The notes below the pieces were generated by a model, which was not told the origin of the DNA, ran no database searches, and saw only the letters and a program-made list of their open reading frames with translations. Positions 24,282 to 36,956 of a stretch of 64,000 bases of DNA are shown here, piece by piece; positions within the stretch are counted from its first letter, which is position 1; each line of letters begins with the position of its first letter. The stretch comes from Azolla caroliniana (taxonomy: Eukaryota; Plantae; Polypodiophyta). Location: the NCBI GenBank assembly GCA_043228905.1, contig JBHGNT010000020.1:7564001-7628000 (forward strand). Reading direction: 5' to 3'. The translations under genes and the position numbers were made by a program.

Positions 24282-27200
24282 TGTAAAAACAAATAGCGTG
24301 CGGAAGCAATAAAAAACAGAAAAACAAAGAACAGGTCTAATGGAGAGCTTAACAGTACGCGTGAGAGATAGAGAGAGAGAGAACAAGAATCTCTATTCAA
24401 AAATTATATCAACACTCTGTACATCGTATGTGTTCAACGAACACTTTTATACAGGTCCATACGGACTGATAGAAGTACGGTGTACTTCAGTGCTCACTCG
24501 AGCGTTTGACACTAACTACGAGAGTAATAACTCCCTAGTAGTCTAGCTGCTACTAGGCTTCCGGTTATTGATGGATCCGGCTAACCGGCTCCCTAGCTCA
24601 CCGGCTCTTTTGCTCACCGGCTCACCGATCCAGCCGATCCGGCTCCAATTGAGCTTGCCGCTCAACACTCATCCTCAAGTTCAACTTAAGGTCCGATCGT
24701 AGTGTCAACGTCTGTGGCAACCAGTCCTTCTACCCGGCTCCTTCTGGCGTCACTCCGCCTTGCTCGCGCTCCTCATCCGGTCCAGTTCTGTTTGCCGCAA
24801 CCCCTCTTGTTTTGCGCACCTCGACCTCCTCGGTCGGCTTGTTTGCTCAACAGGCCCAGTTCAGCTCCCTCGTTGTTGTGACTTTGGCGCGTGTCGGTTC
24901 GCCGATTCCTTCGTGTTGGCGTCGACTTTCGCTGCCTTCTCATCCTCTTGGCCTTGAATTAATCCGGTTCTTCTGAATCTGTCTGTTGAACAGAATCAAT
25001 TGTTTCTGATTCGTTCCAGCTCTTGTCTGAATCGGTTGCTCCATATTCGTCTTCTGGTTCCAGGCCCTTCACCACATCGGACCATGTCCGGGTCTTGGCC
25101 TTCTTCTTCCGGTCGGCTTTGTCCTTCTTGACTCTACCGCCGCTGCCGCTTGTTCCGACTTGTTCGGATGTGTCGACTTCCTTTGTCGACTCGGCTCCTT
25201 TCTTCTTCTTGAGTCTCCCTTCGTCGGTTCTTCCCTCACCGACGCAATCGGCAGTCTCTTTGCCTTTGCCTGTTCCGGTGTCTTTGCCCGTTCTCCTCCT
25301 CAAGTGTGGCACGTCGAAATTTTGAACACCAAGCATTTCGGTGAAGTGTTGCAACTTGTCCGATCCGAGCGGTTTGGTGAAGATGTCGGCAACTTGCCGA
25401 TCCGTGTGAACATACCGAAGTTCGACCTCACCGCTCAGGACACGCCCACGCACAAAGTGATAGTGCACTTCTATGTGCTTTGTGCGAGCATGGAATACGG
25501 GGTTCTTAGCGACCTGCATGCTGCTTATGTTGTCGCAGTATATCAGAATCGGGGTCGGTACCTCGATCTATAGGTCTTGCAGCAGTCGTCGAAGCCAAAT
25601 GGATTCACAGGTGGCAATGGTAGCGCCCCGATACTCATCCTCAGTGCTTGACAAAGCAACTGTTGGCTGCTTTTTGTTGCTCCACGCAACAGCCGCGCTA
25701 CCTAGGGAAAACATGTAACCGGAGGTTGATCGGCGATCTGATGCATCGTCGGCCCAGTCGGCATTTGTGTAACCGACCAGCTCTTCGTGCCGCTCACATA
25801 CCGCAGTATTCAGTGCGCGCACTGAAGATGCTCCACGGTCGGCTTCTGCATGAATTGGCTAATCACACTGACCAGATAGTTAATGTTGGGTCGGGTGATG
25901 GTCAAATATATAAGGCTTCCGACAATTTGTCGGAACCGTTTCTCATCGTAGGCCGGTCCGGAGTCGGGACGAAGCTTCTGGTTCCAGTCCAGGGGAGTAG
26001 AGATAGGTCGGCATTCCGTCATGCTTAACTTGTACAGCATATTCAACACATAGTGCCTTTGTGAGAGCAATATGTCATCGGGGGTTCCGATCACCTCGAT
26101 CCCAAGAAAATAATGAAGGTCCCCCAGGTCCTTCATCTCAAACGCATCCGACAACTGAGACTTGACTCGGCTGATTTCATCGAGTCCGGGTCCGGTGATG
26201 ACCAGATCATCAACGTACAACAAGATGCAAACCGAACCGTTCGGACCTTGCCGGATGAACAATGAAGAATCGGACTTGGAGGCCGCAAACCCCATCTTAC
26301 ACAACCGGTGTGTGATCTTCACATTCCAAGCTCGAGGGGCTTGCTTCAGGCCATAAAGTGACTTCTTCAGCCGGCATACCGCCGACTTGTTCATCTCCGT
26401 TTGGAAACCGGGGGGTTGTATCATAAAGACCTCTTCTTCAAGATCTCCTTGAAGAAATGCATTCTTCACATCCATCTGGTGAAGATGCCACCCCCTTGCC
26501 ATTGCAACTGCCAGCACCACACGAACCGTCGTCATCTTCGCTACCGGAGCGAAGGTCTCGTCGTAGTCGATTCTGTGGGTTTGTGCGTATCCCTTTGCCA
26601 CTAACCGGGCCTTGTACCAGTTAACTGAACCGTCGACGTTGTACTTTACCTTGTACACCCACTTTCATCCGATCGGTTTACTGTGACGGGGAGGGTCAAC
26701 CAGGTCCCATGTATCGTTGGCATCAAGTGCCCGCATCTCTTCTTCCATAGCGGCACGCCAATGTGCGTCCTTTGCCGCTTCTGCATAGCTCTCCGGCTCA
26801 CGCACTTCCGCCACCTTGGTCATGTACTCATAGTAATGCGCCATGTACTCATTGTACCCATACCGCTTAACAGGTTCCTTCTGGTGGGTTGACCGGCGTA
26901 ACCCACCGTTACCCAGTTTGAGGCCCTTCTTGGCCGGTTCAGTCTTCGGTGCCGAAGAACCATCATTTTCCTTTCCGGAGTCGGATCCACTCTGATCCGA
27001 CTCATTAATACCGGTTCCATAATCAGGCATCTTCTTCTTCCCCTTCTCTTGGCACGTGAACCGTCTCCTCGGTTCCTTGCGCAGGGAGAGCTCGGCAGAG
27101 TCTTCACTACTCGCCGGTTCTTCTTCTAACTGGTCGGATTGACCCAGTCTCTCGTTTGGCCCACTCAACCGAAACGATTCTAGACTTTCTTGAGTCCCAG

Positions 27201-30036
27201 ATTCATCATCTTCTAACTGGACCGGTTCAAGCTCACTAGCCTCATCCTCCGGTATCGGGTTGGGGTCAAAAGTCGGAGCTGGTAAGGCATACCGTGATGC
27301 CGTCTCATCAAACTCAACATCGCGGCTAACTCGGACCTGCTTCGTCCGAGGGTTATAACACTTATACCCCTTTTGCTCATGTGAGTAGCCAACGAGGATG
27401 CACTTCTCTGATTTTGCATCCAACTTCCTCCGCTTCTCATCCGGCACATGAACATATGCTATGCTGCGGAAAATCCGAAGGTGTCTCTAATTTGGCTTGC
27501 GCCCGAAATACAGCTCATGCGCGGACACCTTGTCACCGATCCGGTTTTGGATGTAGACAGTCGTCCGGACCGCCTCCGCCCAGTAGAAATGGGGCATGCT
27601 CTTCTCGTCCAGCATTGCCCTTGCCGCGTCGACAAGCGACCGGTTCTTCCTTTCGGCCACACCGTTTTGCTTCAGTGTGTATCTGCAGCTGAACTCTCTC
27701 CGAATTCCTGTTTGCTGCAGATAACTGTTGAATTGGCCGGAAAAATATTCTTTTCCGCCATCTGACCGCAAGCACTTGATCTTCCTCTCTGATTCCCGTT
27801 CCACCATGCTCTGGAGGTTCCGGATATAGTCGAAGACTTCGCTCTTCCGCTCAATGAGGTAGATCCATGTGTGCCAGCTATAGTCATCGATGAAGGAGAC
27901 GAAGTATCGACTCCTGCCAAGACTCACGTTTTGTGCCGGTCCCCATACATTTGAATGAATAAGGTTGAGCTTGTTATGGCTACGGTTTTGTTCGGCGGGG
28001 AATGGAAGACAGTGTTGCTTCCTGAGTTGGCAAGCTTCACATACTTGGGCCTTCCGACCACCAAACTTCGACAAACCAAAAACAACTTGTTTCGTTTGCA
28101 AGTCTTGAAGCCGCCGGTAATTGACATGGTTGATCCTCTTGTGCCACAGGTCAATGTCCGATTCGACCTTCTGTCCTTTGGTGAACAAGGTGGTGCTGAC
28201 ATCATTGGTGTCAAGGATGAACATCCTCCCATCTCTGCGCCCTTGCGCAATAATCTGGCCCTCCTCCTCGATGAAGCACCCGAGGTGCGTAAACCGCACC
28301 TGCATTCCCTGGTTGACGATCTGTCTGACTGACACCAGGTTCTTCGTGATAGTCGGAACGTGTAATACGTTCATCAGCTTCCCCCTCTGTCCGGCGTGGC
28401 TTAGGGGAACTTCTCCGACATGCACGATTGGGTGAGGAGTGTCGTCTCCTGTTTCGACAACTCTCGGTTGTTCCGGTTTCTCCAAGAACGAGAACCACTC
28501 TTGTGGCTCGTCATGTGATTTGATGCACCGGAATCAACGTACCACACTTCCTCCGATTTGGAAGTGGTTTTCTTCATCGAGTTAGCCTCGTGTTTCATCA
28601 TCAAGGTTGGCCCCTTACCGGTCTTCCCGGTTCCGGATCCTCTCAATCCTTGTGCGTAGTGTGAGCTTTGCCGGTTCTCCCGACCGGTTTTGCCGGATCC
28701 AAATATGTCCGAATCGGCACGCTTCTTCCAGCACTCGCTTTCTCTATGGCCCTTTTTGCCACAGTACCAACATTCCGTGGCGGATTTGTCTTGCCGACCT
28801 CCGGCTCCACCTTGACTCCCCTTGCTTGTGGAAGTCCCGGAACTGTTGTCGGCACAGTTTCTGTGCCGTCGGTCTTGCCCTTGCCGGACGCCTCCATTGC
28901 ATGCCGACCCGCCTCGTCCACCACGCCCACGGGGCCGATCCGTCTCCGTGTACAACATCCGGTTGTCGGTGGGTGCACTTATGACGCACCGGCGTGGTTC
29001 TCCTCTACAAGGAGCATTGACTGTAAGTCGAAAAATGACGGTGTATTCTCCCTCGTACATACTGTTGTCCGAAAAGCTCAGAACTTAGACGTCAGGCCCC
29101 CAAGACAGACCTGTACCATCTCGTCTTTCTCTACAGTGACGTTGATAGAGGCAAGCAAGTCACAGATTTCTTTCATTCGGGTCATGTAATCAGCCACCGA
29201 CATGTCCTTCTGTCGGACATTGCTCAACTCTTGTCGGAGTTGCAGCTTCCAGGCTGTGGTGCTTGCGGCGAACACCTTCTTTAGGTTTCCCCAAGCCTCT
29301 TTCGGCGTCCCGGCATCTCGGACGTGGCTCAACAGCTGGTCTCTGACACTAGACGCAAAGCAGTACATCACTCTGCTTGCCGATTGTTCTCACACCGGGA
29401 AGTTCTTGTGTGCTGCATCAGGTGTTGTGACGTTAGCTCCGTCGACATAGCTCCAGTAACCATGCCCAAGCAGGTACTGGTGCATCTTGTATGACCAAGA
29501 TGCGTAGTTGGATCTGTCGAGCTTCTCCACCGGAAGCGAGCTAGCCATTCCTCTATCCATTGTTTTTTTTTCTTCTGTTCTTTACAAAGGTTAGGTTTTC
29601 TTCTTGCGAAAGCGAATGTCGGCTGCAGAGGTTCTCAACCCTCGTGCTCTGATACCATGTCAAAACAAATAGCGTGCGGAAGCAATAAAAAACAGAAAAA
29701 TAGAGAACAGGTTTAATGGAGAGCTTAACAATACGCGAGAGAGACAGAGAGAGAGAACAAGAATCTCTATTAAAAAATTATATCAACGCTCTGTACATCG
29801 TATGTGTTCAGCAAACACTTTTATACAGGTCCATACGGACTGACAAAAGTACGGTGTACTTCAATGCTCACTCGAGCATCTGACAGTAACTACGAGAGTA
29901 ATAATTCCCTAGTAATCTAGCTGCTACTAGGCTTCCGGTTACTAATGGATCCGGCTAACCGGCTCCCTAGCTCACCGGGTGCTCACCGGCTCACTGATCC
30001 AGCCGATCCGGCTCCAATTGAGCTTGCCACTCAACA
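24282..30036 (-). mobile_element. Copia F, full-length but degenerate
   Basis: LTRs 24282-24667 and 29658-30036, TSD GGAAG, tRNA-iMet PBS TGGTATCAGAGC (29646-29657). Gag knuckle CWYCGKKGHRESEC, protease WYVDSGASNHM, IN, RT (LLYVDDLV), RH. Confidence 0.96.
24959..29561 (-). pseudogene. Copia F gag-pol with stops and frameshifts
   Basis: ORFs 29078-29371, 28401-29060, 27487-28485, 26665-27447, 25810-26658, 25568-25822, 24959-25519. Confidence 0.92.
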
Positions 30037-30511
30037 GGAAGATCAAGGCGGAATGTGAGATCATTAATCTTGTCGGTAATACGGAAAGGACCGAGTTGTC
30101 GATAATCCAATTTGTCGCACGGTCGAGTTGTCTTGATGTGATGACGTAAGAGCCATACTGTCAAGATTCGAACTCTTGACACGACCATGTTATAATCTAG
30201 TATTATGAGTTAACCAAGATATCTAGTACTAGTTATGTATGTAATTGGTCCTTATTATTTTGCTAGCATCATGTGCATAGTTGCTCCCTTGTAGTATTTA
30301 CACTTGGCACATGCATGCATACCTACATGCTCTATTGTAGATTCACATGCGTGCAACAAGTATGCATGCCATGTAGTATAAATAGAGGAGTTCACCTTGA
30401 AGGAATTCAAGGTGAACAACACCAGTTATGGAGTCTTTCCTTTAATACTATCTTCCTTCTTGTCCATTTGGTTATCTTCTTGCTTGTCTCTTGAGTTTAT
30501 GATCCGTGACA

Positions 30512-32689
30512 GTGATGAATGCGTGTTTGAGTGAGTCGAACGCATTTTGTGCCTCTGAGGTCCATAAAAATGGAGTGCCTTTATGGGTGAGAGCGATAAG
30601 AGGTTGTGCTAGGGTGGAAAACCCCTTGATGAAGCGACGATAAAAATTCGCGAAGCCGAGGAAGGATTGCACATCTTTAAGTCGCCTTGGAGTCGCCCAC
30701 GCCTGAATGACAGAGACCTTCTTCATATCTATGGTGATGCCAGTGGGCGAGATGATGTAGCCCAGAAATTCGATCGAGGTACGGTCGAACTCGCATTTCT
30801 CGCCTTTGGCATAAAGGCCATGCTCGCGAAGTTTGGCAAGAACTAATCGGACTTGGCGAGTGTGCTCCTCCATGTTTGGCGAGAAAATGAGAATATCATT
30901 GAGGTAAATGACAACAAAAAGATCAAGATATTCCCGGAAAATATCGTTCATCATATGTTGAAAAACTACGGGAGCGTTAGTAAGACCAAAAGGCATTACC
31001 TTGTATTCGAAATGCCCATACCGTGTTCGAAATGCGGTTTTCCATTCATCCCCCGGCTTGATGCGTACTAGATTGTACGCTCCACGCAGATCAACTTTGG
31101 AGAAGACACACGCAACTCGGAGCCGATCAAGGAGTTCGGGGATTAGAGGTAGCGGATAACGGTTGCGCACGGTGAGTTTGTTGAGACCTCGGTAGTCGAC
31201 GCATAAGCGTAGAGAGCCGTCCTTCTTCTTCACAAATAAAATGGGGGCCCCTGCTGGTGACTTAGAAGGTTGAATAAAGCTTTTCTCGAGGTTCTCATCG
31301 AGATACACACGAAGGGCCTTCAACTCTGGTGCAGACAACGCATATAGAGGATCAAAGGGTGGACACGCACCTTCTTGAAGATCAATCGGACAGTCGTAGA
31401 GCCGGTGTTCAGGCAAACGATCAGCATTACATTTTTCAAATACGTCGGAGAAGTGTTGGTATTTTTCAGGAATAACATGGAGTGTGTTAGAAATGGCGCC
31501 ACAAACAAACCCATCCTGGACCGATGATGGGGTAGTCAATTTGGAGTCGACCGTCTCCAAAGGATAGGGAACTGAATTTACCTTCATACTTTTGCACGAG
31601 CATCTTGGCTTGCTAAATGTGATCGAGTGGTTGCACCAATCCACTATTGGATTGTGCACCTCCAACCACGTTAGTCCTAAGACGATCGGATGTCGAGGAG
31701 ATGCGATGAGGTAAAAGGTGAGCTCCTCTTGGTGTGAGCCCACCCGAAGCCCTAATGGGATTGTAGCTTGAGTAATTGCACCTGACGAGAGGACGCACCC
31801 GTCGATGGCTTCAACTGGAATTAGTTGAGTCAGAGGTATGGCTTTAACTAATGGCGAATGACATGACCGGAGGTACCACAATACATGCACAAGCCATTAG
31901 CCCGCCGAAATTGTCGTTCAGCATCAGTCAATGGCCGAAATCAGGCTTAATCAATTTCCATGGGGACAGGAGCATCTGCCGAAGTAGGCGAGTGTGAGGA
32001 TGCTTGGGGTTATATGACCGGGGCGTGGCGTGGAAGTGAATGAGGTGGAACCCAAGTCCGGCGCTCTTCTTGGTGAAATTCGAAAAGACGATTATCACAA
32101 TGGATTGCTTGTGAAATCGCTTGGGATAATGAGGTGGGCTCCGGAAAGTTTAAGAGAAGATTCTTGACATTGCTTCGAAGACCGCGCCGAAAGTGATTAG
32201 CTAAAGCTTGATCATCCCAATTGACGTCGCATGCTAGTTGTCGAAATTCGGAAGCATAGACCGAAGCTGCACGTGAACCTTGTTCGAGTGCATAAATCTT
32301 GTTAAGAGTTGTACGTCGTCGGTCCGTCTCGCCAAATGTGGCCTCTAACTCGGCGAGGAAGGCGGGAAAGTCCTCCAATAAAGGTGATGAGGTTTCTACC
32401 AATGGTGCAAACCAAGCTTGGGCCGGACCGGAGAGAAGGGTGCCCACAAGGCCGACTTGTCGAAGACCATCTCCATAACGTTGAGGTTGTAGTCGAATGA
32501 TAAGTCGAACTTGGTTGATGAACCCTCGGAAACGCAACCTCGTTCCATCAAATTTTTCTGGGAGGCTAACCTTAGGCTCAAGAAACTGTGACGAAGCTAG
32601 GCTAGATGTTGGTAGAAGATCGGGCTCTAGGCTAGGTTGTTGTGGGAGACTAGGGTTCGGGGGATGCTGCTTATGCTCAACAATCTAGA
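30512..32689 (-). pseudogene. Inverted gag-protease-RT segment of B
   Basis: ORF 32010-32537 (gag, RFRGFINQVRL) and ORF 30472-31890 (RT, LRLCVDYRGLN, VIYLNDILIF). Confidence 0.9.
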
Positions 32690-33562
32690 CGTTTGTTGAA
32701 ACCCAACCAATTGCATCTTTTTGCCACTTGTATGTTGTAGGATGATTCTTTACTCCAACAAATCACTGATGCATCCAAGACCGATGCGTTCGCCAACGAG
32801 ATTCGAGATAGTCTGCAAAACCCCTCCAAGGCGACCAAAAGGAAGGATCTTGACACCTTCACCATACAAGAGGGTTTGTTGTTCCAAGATCATCTCTTAT
32901 ACGTCCCAGAGGGCCCATGTCGCACCCAGGTGTTGCGGGAATGCCACAATGACCCACTTGCAGGTCATTTCGGGGTCGTGAAAACCCTCGAGCTAATCTC
33001 TCGGGGGTATTGGTGGCCACAACCATGGAAGCTGGTCAAAGAATACATAAAGAGTTGTGAGGTTTGTGCTCGCTCCAAAGCCATTCATCATCGGCCATAC
33101 GGCTTACTACAGCCGCTTCCATGTCCTCGTCGTCCTTGGGCCTCTATCTCTATGGACCTGATAACTGATCTGTTGTCTGTCTGGCCGGACTAGCCTCAAC
33201 ACAGGTGTCTATCCGACACTTCTCCAAAGGGGTGGTAAGGATTGGATGCTAGGTTACACGCGTAAGATGATTACAATTAAGCACAGACGGTAAACAATAC
33301 GAGATACAGATAAGCACGCAATAATTACTATTGTATTACTTCCGTCCCCACACTTTACAAATCATCGGATCCTTTTATAGGCATCCGGCAAGGTTACAAT
33401 CGGTGCGCTTAGGCAACCGACATCCGAATCGGTCCGGATCCGGATCGGTACAACTGTACCGGATCCGTCCCTCCGAATAATAATTCTACTATTATTTACT
33501 TCCTATTATCCGATCCGATTCCGCCTTCCCACTTGTCCTTGCTCTTCTGACCGGCCAACACA

Positions 33563-33578
33563 TGGCACGCCCGTGGGA
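33563..33578 (+). other. Second, inverted PBS (tRNA-Arg type) at the PPT position of C
   Basis: TGGCACGCCCGTGGGA, 2 nt inside the 3' LTR boundary. Confidence 0.8.
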
Positions 33579-34105
33579 AAGTGCCTTGCACTTCGAATCC
33601 ACTCCCGGCCTCAGTCTTCCTCCAAAATATCGAGCACACTCTGCTCGATGGTGTCAAGTGGTGCTTCTTCCTCCTGTTCCTGTTCCTTGCCTGCCTGGTC
33701 TCCGACCTCCGGTTGGGTGGGCTGTTCCGTAAAAATTTGTTGCTCCGGCTCTGCTTGATTCTGTGGTGCCAGTGCTTCCTCACCTCTTCGTCCGGGTTCT
33801 TCCTGTTCTCCCTCCGTTCCTGGCTCTGTTCTGTTACCAGTGTCGCTTTCTCCGGTCTCGACTGGTCGACTCGATATGCCTCCTTCCTCTGCTCTGGTGT
33901 CTTCCAGTCTCAGCTCTTCTTCTTCTCCGGCATCGGTCCGCTCCTGCTCTTCGTCAAGTTCGTCTTCGGGTATTCCTCGTCGGGGTTGTTCGGTGTCGGT
34001 TGGTTCATCTTCAGCCGGTCGCGTTCCCTCACCAATAGTGGTTGGCGTCGTTCTTCCCTTAGCTTCCTGTCGTAACCGGTCCTACTCGTATCTCTCCAAC
34101 TCCAA

Positions 34106-36508
34106 CTAAGTTGCGAGCTGCCCGTCATCCAACCTCTCTACCAACCCTCGGATTTCTTTGAGATGTTCTTCCGCAAAAGTGTAGAAATCTTCCGACAATT
34201 CTTCCCGAATGGCGACGATACTTTCCTCATCCATCTTGTAGAACTTGTCACCGGTCTTCCTCCGATTCTCGGCATCTGCTCGGAGTGTCTGCAGCTCGGC
34301 TGCCTGTTGTGACCACTCCTTCCATAGCTTTTCCGTACTTTCATTGATGCTTGCCTGAGCTCGGGTACTCCATCCTGACATGATGAGCTTGATCCGGTCA
34401 ACCCCTGCCTTAGCATGCGCATAAGCTTCCTGCTTTTCCTTCCTTGCCCGTTTTATAATGTCGGCCATTATCTGAGCCTGGGCCTCGTAATCTGCTTTCT
34501 GCTTTTCATAGGTACTCTGCAGTTTGCTGATCGTGAAGGTCGATTTTTCCTTTTCTTCATTCCTGATCTTGGTCAGGTCCAGCTTTTCCCGCCTTAGCGC
34601 CTCTAATTCCTTCCTTCTCTCCGTTGCTTGGGCTATTTCCGCCGACAATGCTTCCTTGTTGGCACTGACCTCATCCATCGCCTTAGCCAGGTCTAATCGG
34701 GTCTCTTTGAGCTGCTCTTTCAGCTTCTCTATTTGCCGGTCGTAGTCTGCTGCTCGTTTTTTGTTGTCCGACTCGGCCTGCTTGTGATCTCGGTAGAGAC
34801 GGTCGAAGTCCTCCGTCTTCTGCTTCAGGCGTCGGGTTGCCTGAGCTCTTAACCGATCGTCCCGGTCCTTCTGTTGTCGGAGTTCTTCCTGCAGTCGTTC
34901 TATCTCTTGCTCGGCATGTCGATGTAGTCGGTCCTTCTCCTTTTGCAACTTCTCTTTTTCTTCTTGCAGTCGGTCGTTAGCGGCTCGACCTTTCCGGAGG
35001 CCTTCTTCCATTTTTCGTCTGTCGTCCTCCACCGCTTTCCGCTGCTCCCTTTCTCTTTCCCTTAATGCCTCCTGAGCTTGTAACTCCTCTCGTAAGGTTT
35101 CTATTATTTTTTCGGTCTCAGGGCCGGTTTGCAAGGCTACCGGTTCTGGTTGCTTCCTTGTTGTCCCGACCGGCTCGGTGACAACTTGTGCTTCTTGAAT
35201 TCCTTCCCTTGCCTGCAACAGCTCCCCTTGCATTTCCTCGATCTGTGTTCGGAGCGCGACCAACTCCTGAGTTGTTGTATGCGTCAGCTGTTGCCTACAC
35301 GTTTCTTCTTTTTCTAACTGGTCCGCTACTCCCGATAACTGCTCCGACAGCCATCTCAGCCATTGTGGCTTTGTTCTTCCGGTGTCGGGGTGGCCTTGCT
35401 CACTTAAGTCGGGCTGATTTTCCGGCCTCTTCTCTGGCTCTGGCTCCGGCTCCGGCGCTTGTTCCTTCTTCTTCTCTGGGATACCCGGTTCTCTGAAATC
35501 CGGCCCAACCGGTGTCGGTGCTGCTTCCCTGGGTACGGGTTCCGGTGCTGTTTCCGCCTCGGCTACTGGAGATGGTCCTTGCGCCCTCTGCTGAGTTCTG
35601 TCCACTGGTGGAGCCGGTCCTTTCGCCCGTTTCTCCCGACCTTGTCTTGCTGGGAGTCTTACCAGTGGTTCGGATGAGTCTTCTATTTCAGTTTCCTCCT
35701 CCGGTGCGGTTACCAGACCGACCTTTTGTCTAAAGACCTCTGGTTCTGGTTCCGGCGGTCGCAGCGTTATATGGATTGGTTTGCGCGCTACCGGTTCCTC
35801 CTCGGCCGCTTTCCCTTTGCCTTTACCTGCCGGTTTTGCCTTTGTTGCCGGTTCCTGTTGCTGTCGGGATGGTCCTTCCCCCTGTTGTTCTGCTTCTTGC
35901 TGGGTCCATCCGGGGGTGTGTTTCTCCAAGATCTGTCGGTGCTTTGTGACCTTTTTCGGCGTCGTCTCCTGCCGACCTCTTTTCTTTTGTGTGATGGGGA
36001 GCACCGGTGGGACTAACACCGTTAGCCATTGTGCTATCCCGGCCCATGGCTTTTTTCCTTCCACAAGATTTTTGATGGCCTCCTTCAATCCTTCGGTTAT
36101 GAAATGGAGCCAGTCTATTTGTAAGCCCTCGTACGCTGCTATCAAGAACGCTGCCCGGTACTTGGCTATGGCTGGGGGACGGGGATTCACGAATCCGTAT
36201 TCCATCATAGCGCGGGCCACTTCTCCGAACATCAGGTTCTCTCCGCCCTGCGTTCGGTACGCCTTGCTGCTGATAGAGTATTCCCCGAAATATTCAAACA
36301 GGATTTCACTGGAAGGGTTTTCGATTGTTTGAAGTCCTCCTGCTTTGATCCCCGTGAGCGCCTGCACCGCTCCTTCCGTGACTTCTGATATATCGATCGA
36401 TGCTGCCGCCTGCTCTGGTTCTGCGTGTGGTGGAGCGTCGGCGATCCGCAGCAATCCTTTTAACCCGTTCTCCCTCATCCATTGGCGTGCCTCTTCCGAC
36501 AGTACCAT
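34106..36508 (-). CDS. Element C ORF3: accessory protein (conserved N-domain, Pro/Glu linker, long coiled coil)
   Basis: Within the 888-aa ORF. Homologous to D ORF3 at both ends. The frame continues past a premature TAG at 34106. Confidence 0.8.
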   Translation of the reverse strand: MVLSEEARQWMRENGLKGLLRIADAPPHAEPEQAAASIDISEVTEGAVQALTGIKAGGLQTIENPSSEILFEYFGEYSISSKAYRTQGGENLMFGEVARAMMEYGFVNPRPPAIAKYRAAFLIAAYEGLQIDWLHFITEGLKEAIKNLVEGKKPWAGIAQWLTVLVPPVLPITQKKRGRQETTPKKVTKHRQILEKHTPGWTQQEAEQQGEGPSRQQQEPATKAKPAGKGKGKAAEEEPVARKPIHITLRPPEPEPEVFRQKVGLVTAPEEETEIEDSSEPLVRLPARQGREKRAKGPAPPVDRTQQRAQGPSPVAEAETAPEPVPREAAPTPVGPDFREPGIPEKKKEQAPEPEPEPEKRPENQPDLSEQGHPDTGRTKPQWLRWLSEQLSGVADQLEKEETCRQQLTHTTTQELVALRTQIEEMQGELLQAREGIQEAQVVTEPVGTTRKQPEPVALQTGPETEKIIETLREELQAQEALREREREQRKAVEDDRRKMEEGLRKGRAANDRLQEEKEKLQKEKDRLHRHAEQEIERLQEELRQQKDRDDRLRAQATRRLKQKTEDFDRLYRDHKQAESDNKKRAADYDRQIEKLKEQLKETRLDLAKAMDEVSANKEALSAEIAQATERRKELEALRREKLDLTKIRNEEKEKSTFTISKLQSTYEKQKADYEAQAQIMADIIKRARKEKQEAYAHAKAGVDRIKLIMSGWSTRAQASINESTEKLWKEWSQQAAELQTLRADAENRRKTGDKFYKMDEESIVAIREELSEDFYTFAEEHLKEIRGLVERLDDGQLAT

Positions 36509-36956
36509 TGTTTCGAATTCTTCTTCTGCTGCCTGTTGTTCGGGATCGCGCTGTGTGTGCTCTGTGCGTCGGGTCGCTCTTCTGTGCTTCTGCACCTGTA
36601 TGTAGGAAAATTCGTAAAAAGTGAGCCCTTCGCAGGCCTGTGTCTTATATAGTGGGTTGTGCCTCGAGCCGCCCTTTTTCGTTTCCCGCGCATGTTCCTC
36701 TCCCGCCATAATTAGTATGTCCTTTCTTGTTTGCCGCGTGTGAGTGCCCACGCTCCATGCTTTAAATAGCAAGTACGCGCACGTCCTTCTTTAATGCATG
36801 GCGCCTCTTCGTTGCATGGTGGCGCTCCCACCTCTTGTGATCTCCCCATCATTACGATGATTCGCGTCGATTTTGCCCACGTCATTTTTTTTATTTATTA
36901 TTATTTTTTTTTTTTTATTTTTTTTTTTATTTTTTTTTTCCTTTGCTTGGACCACG

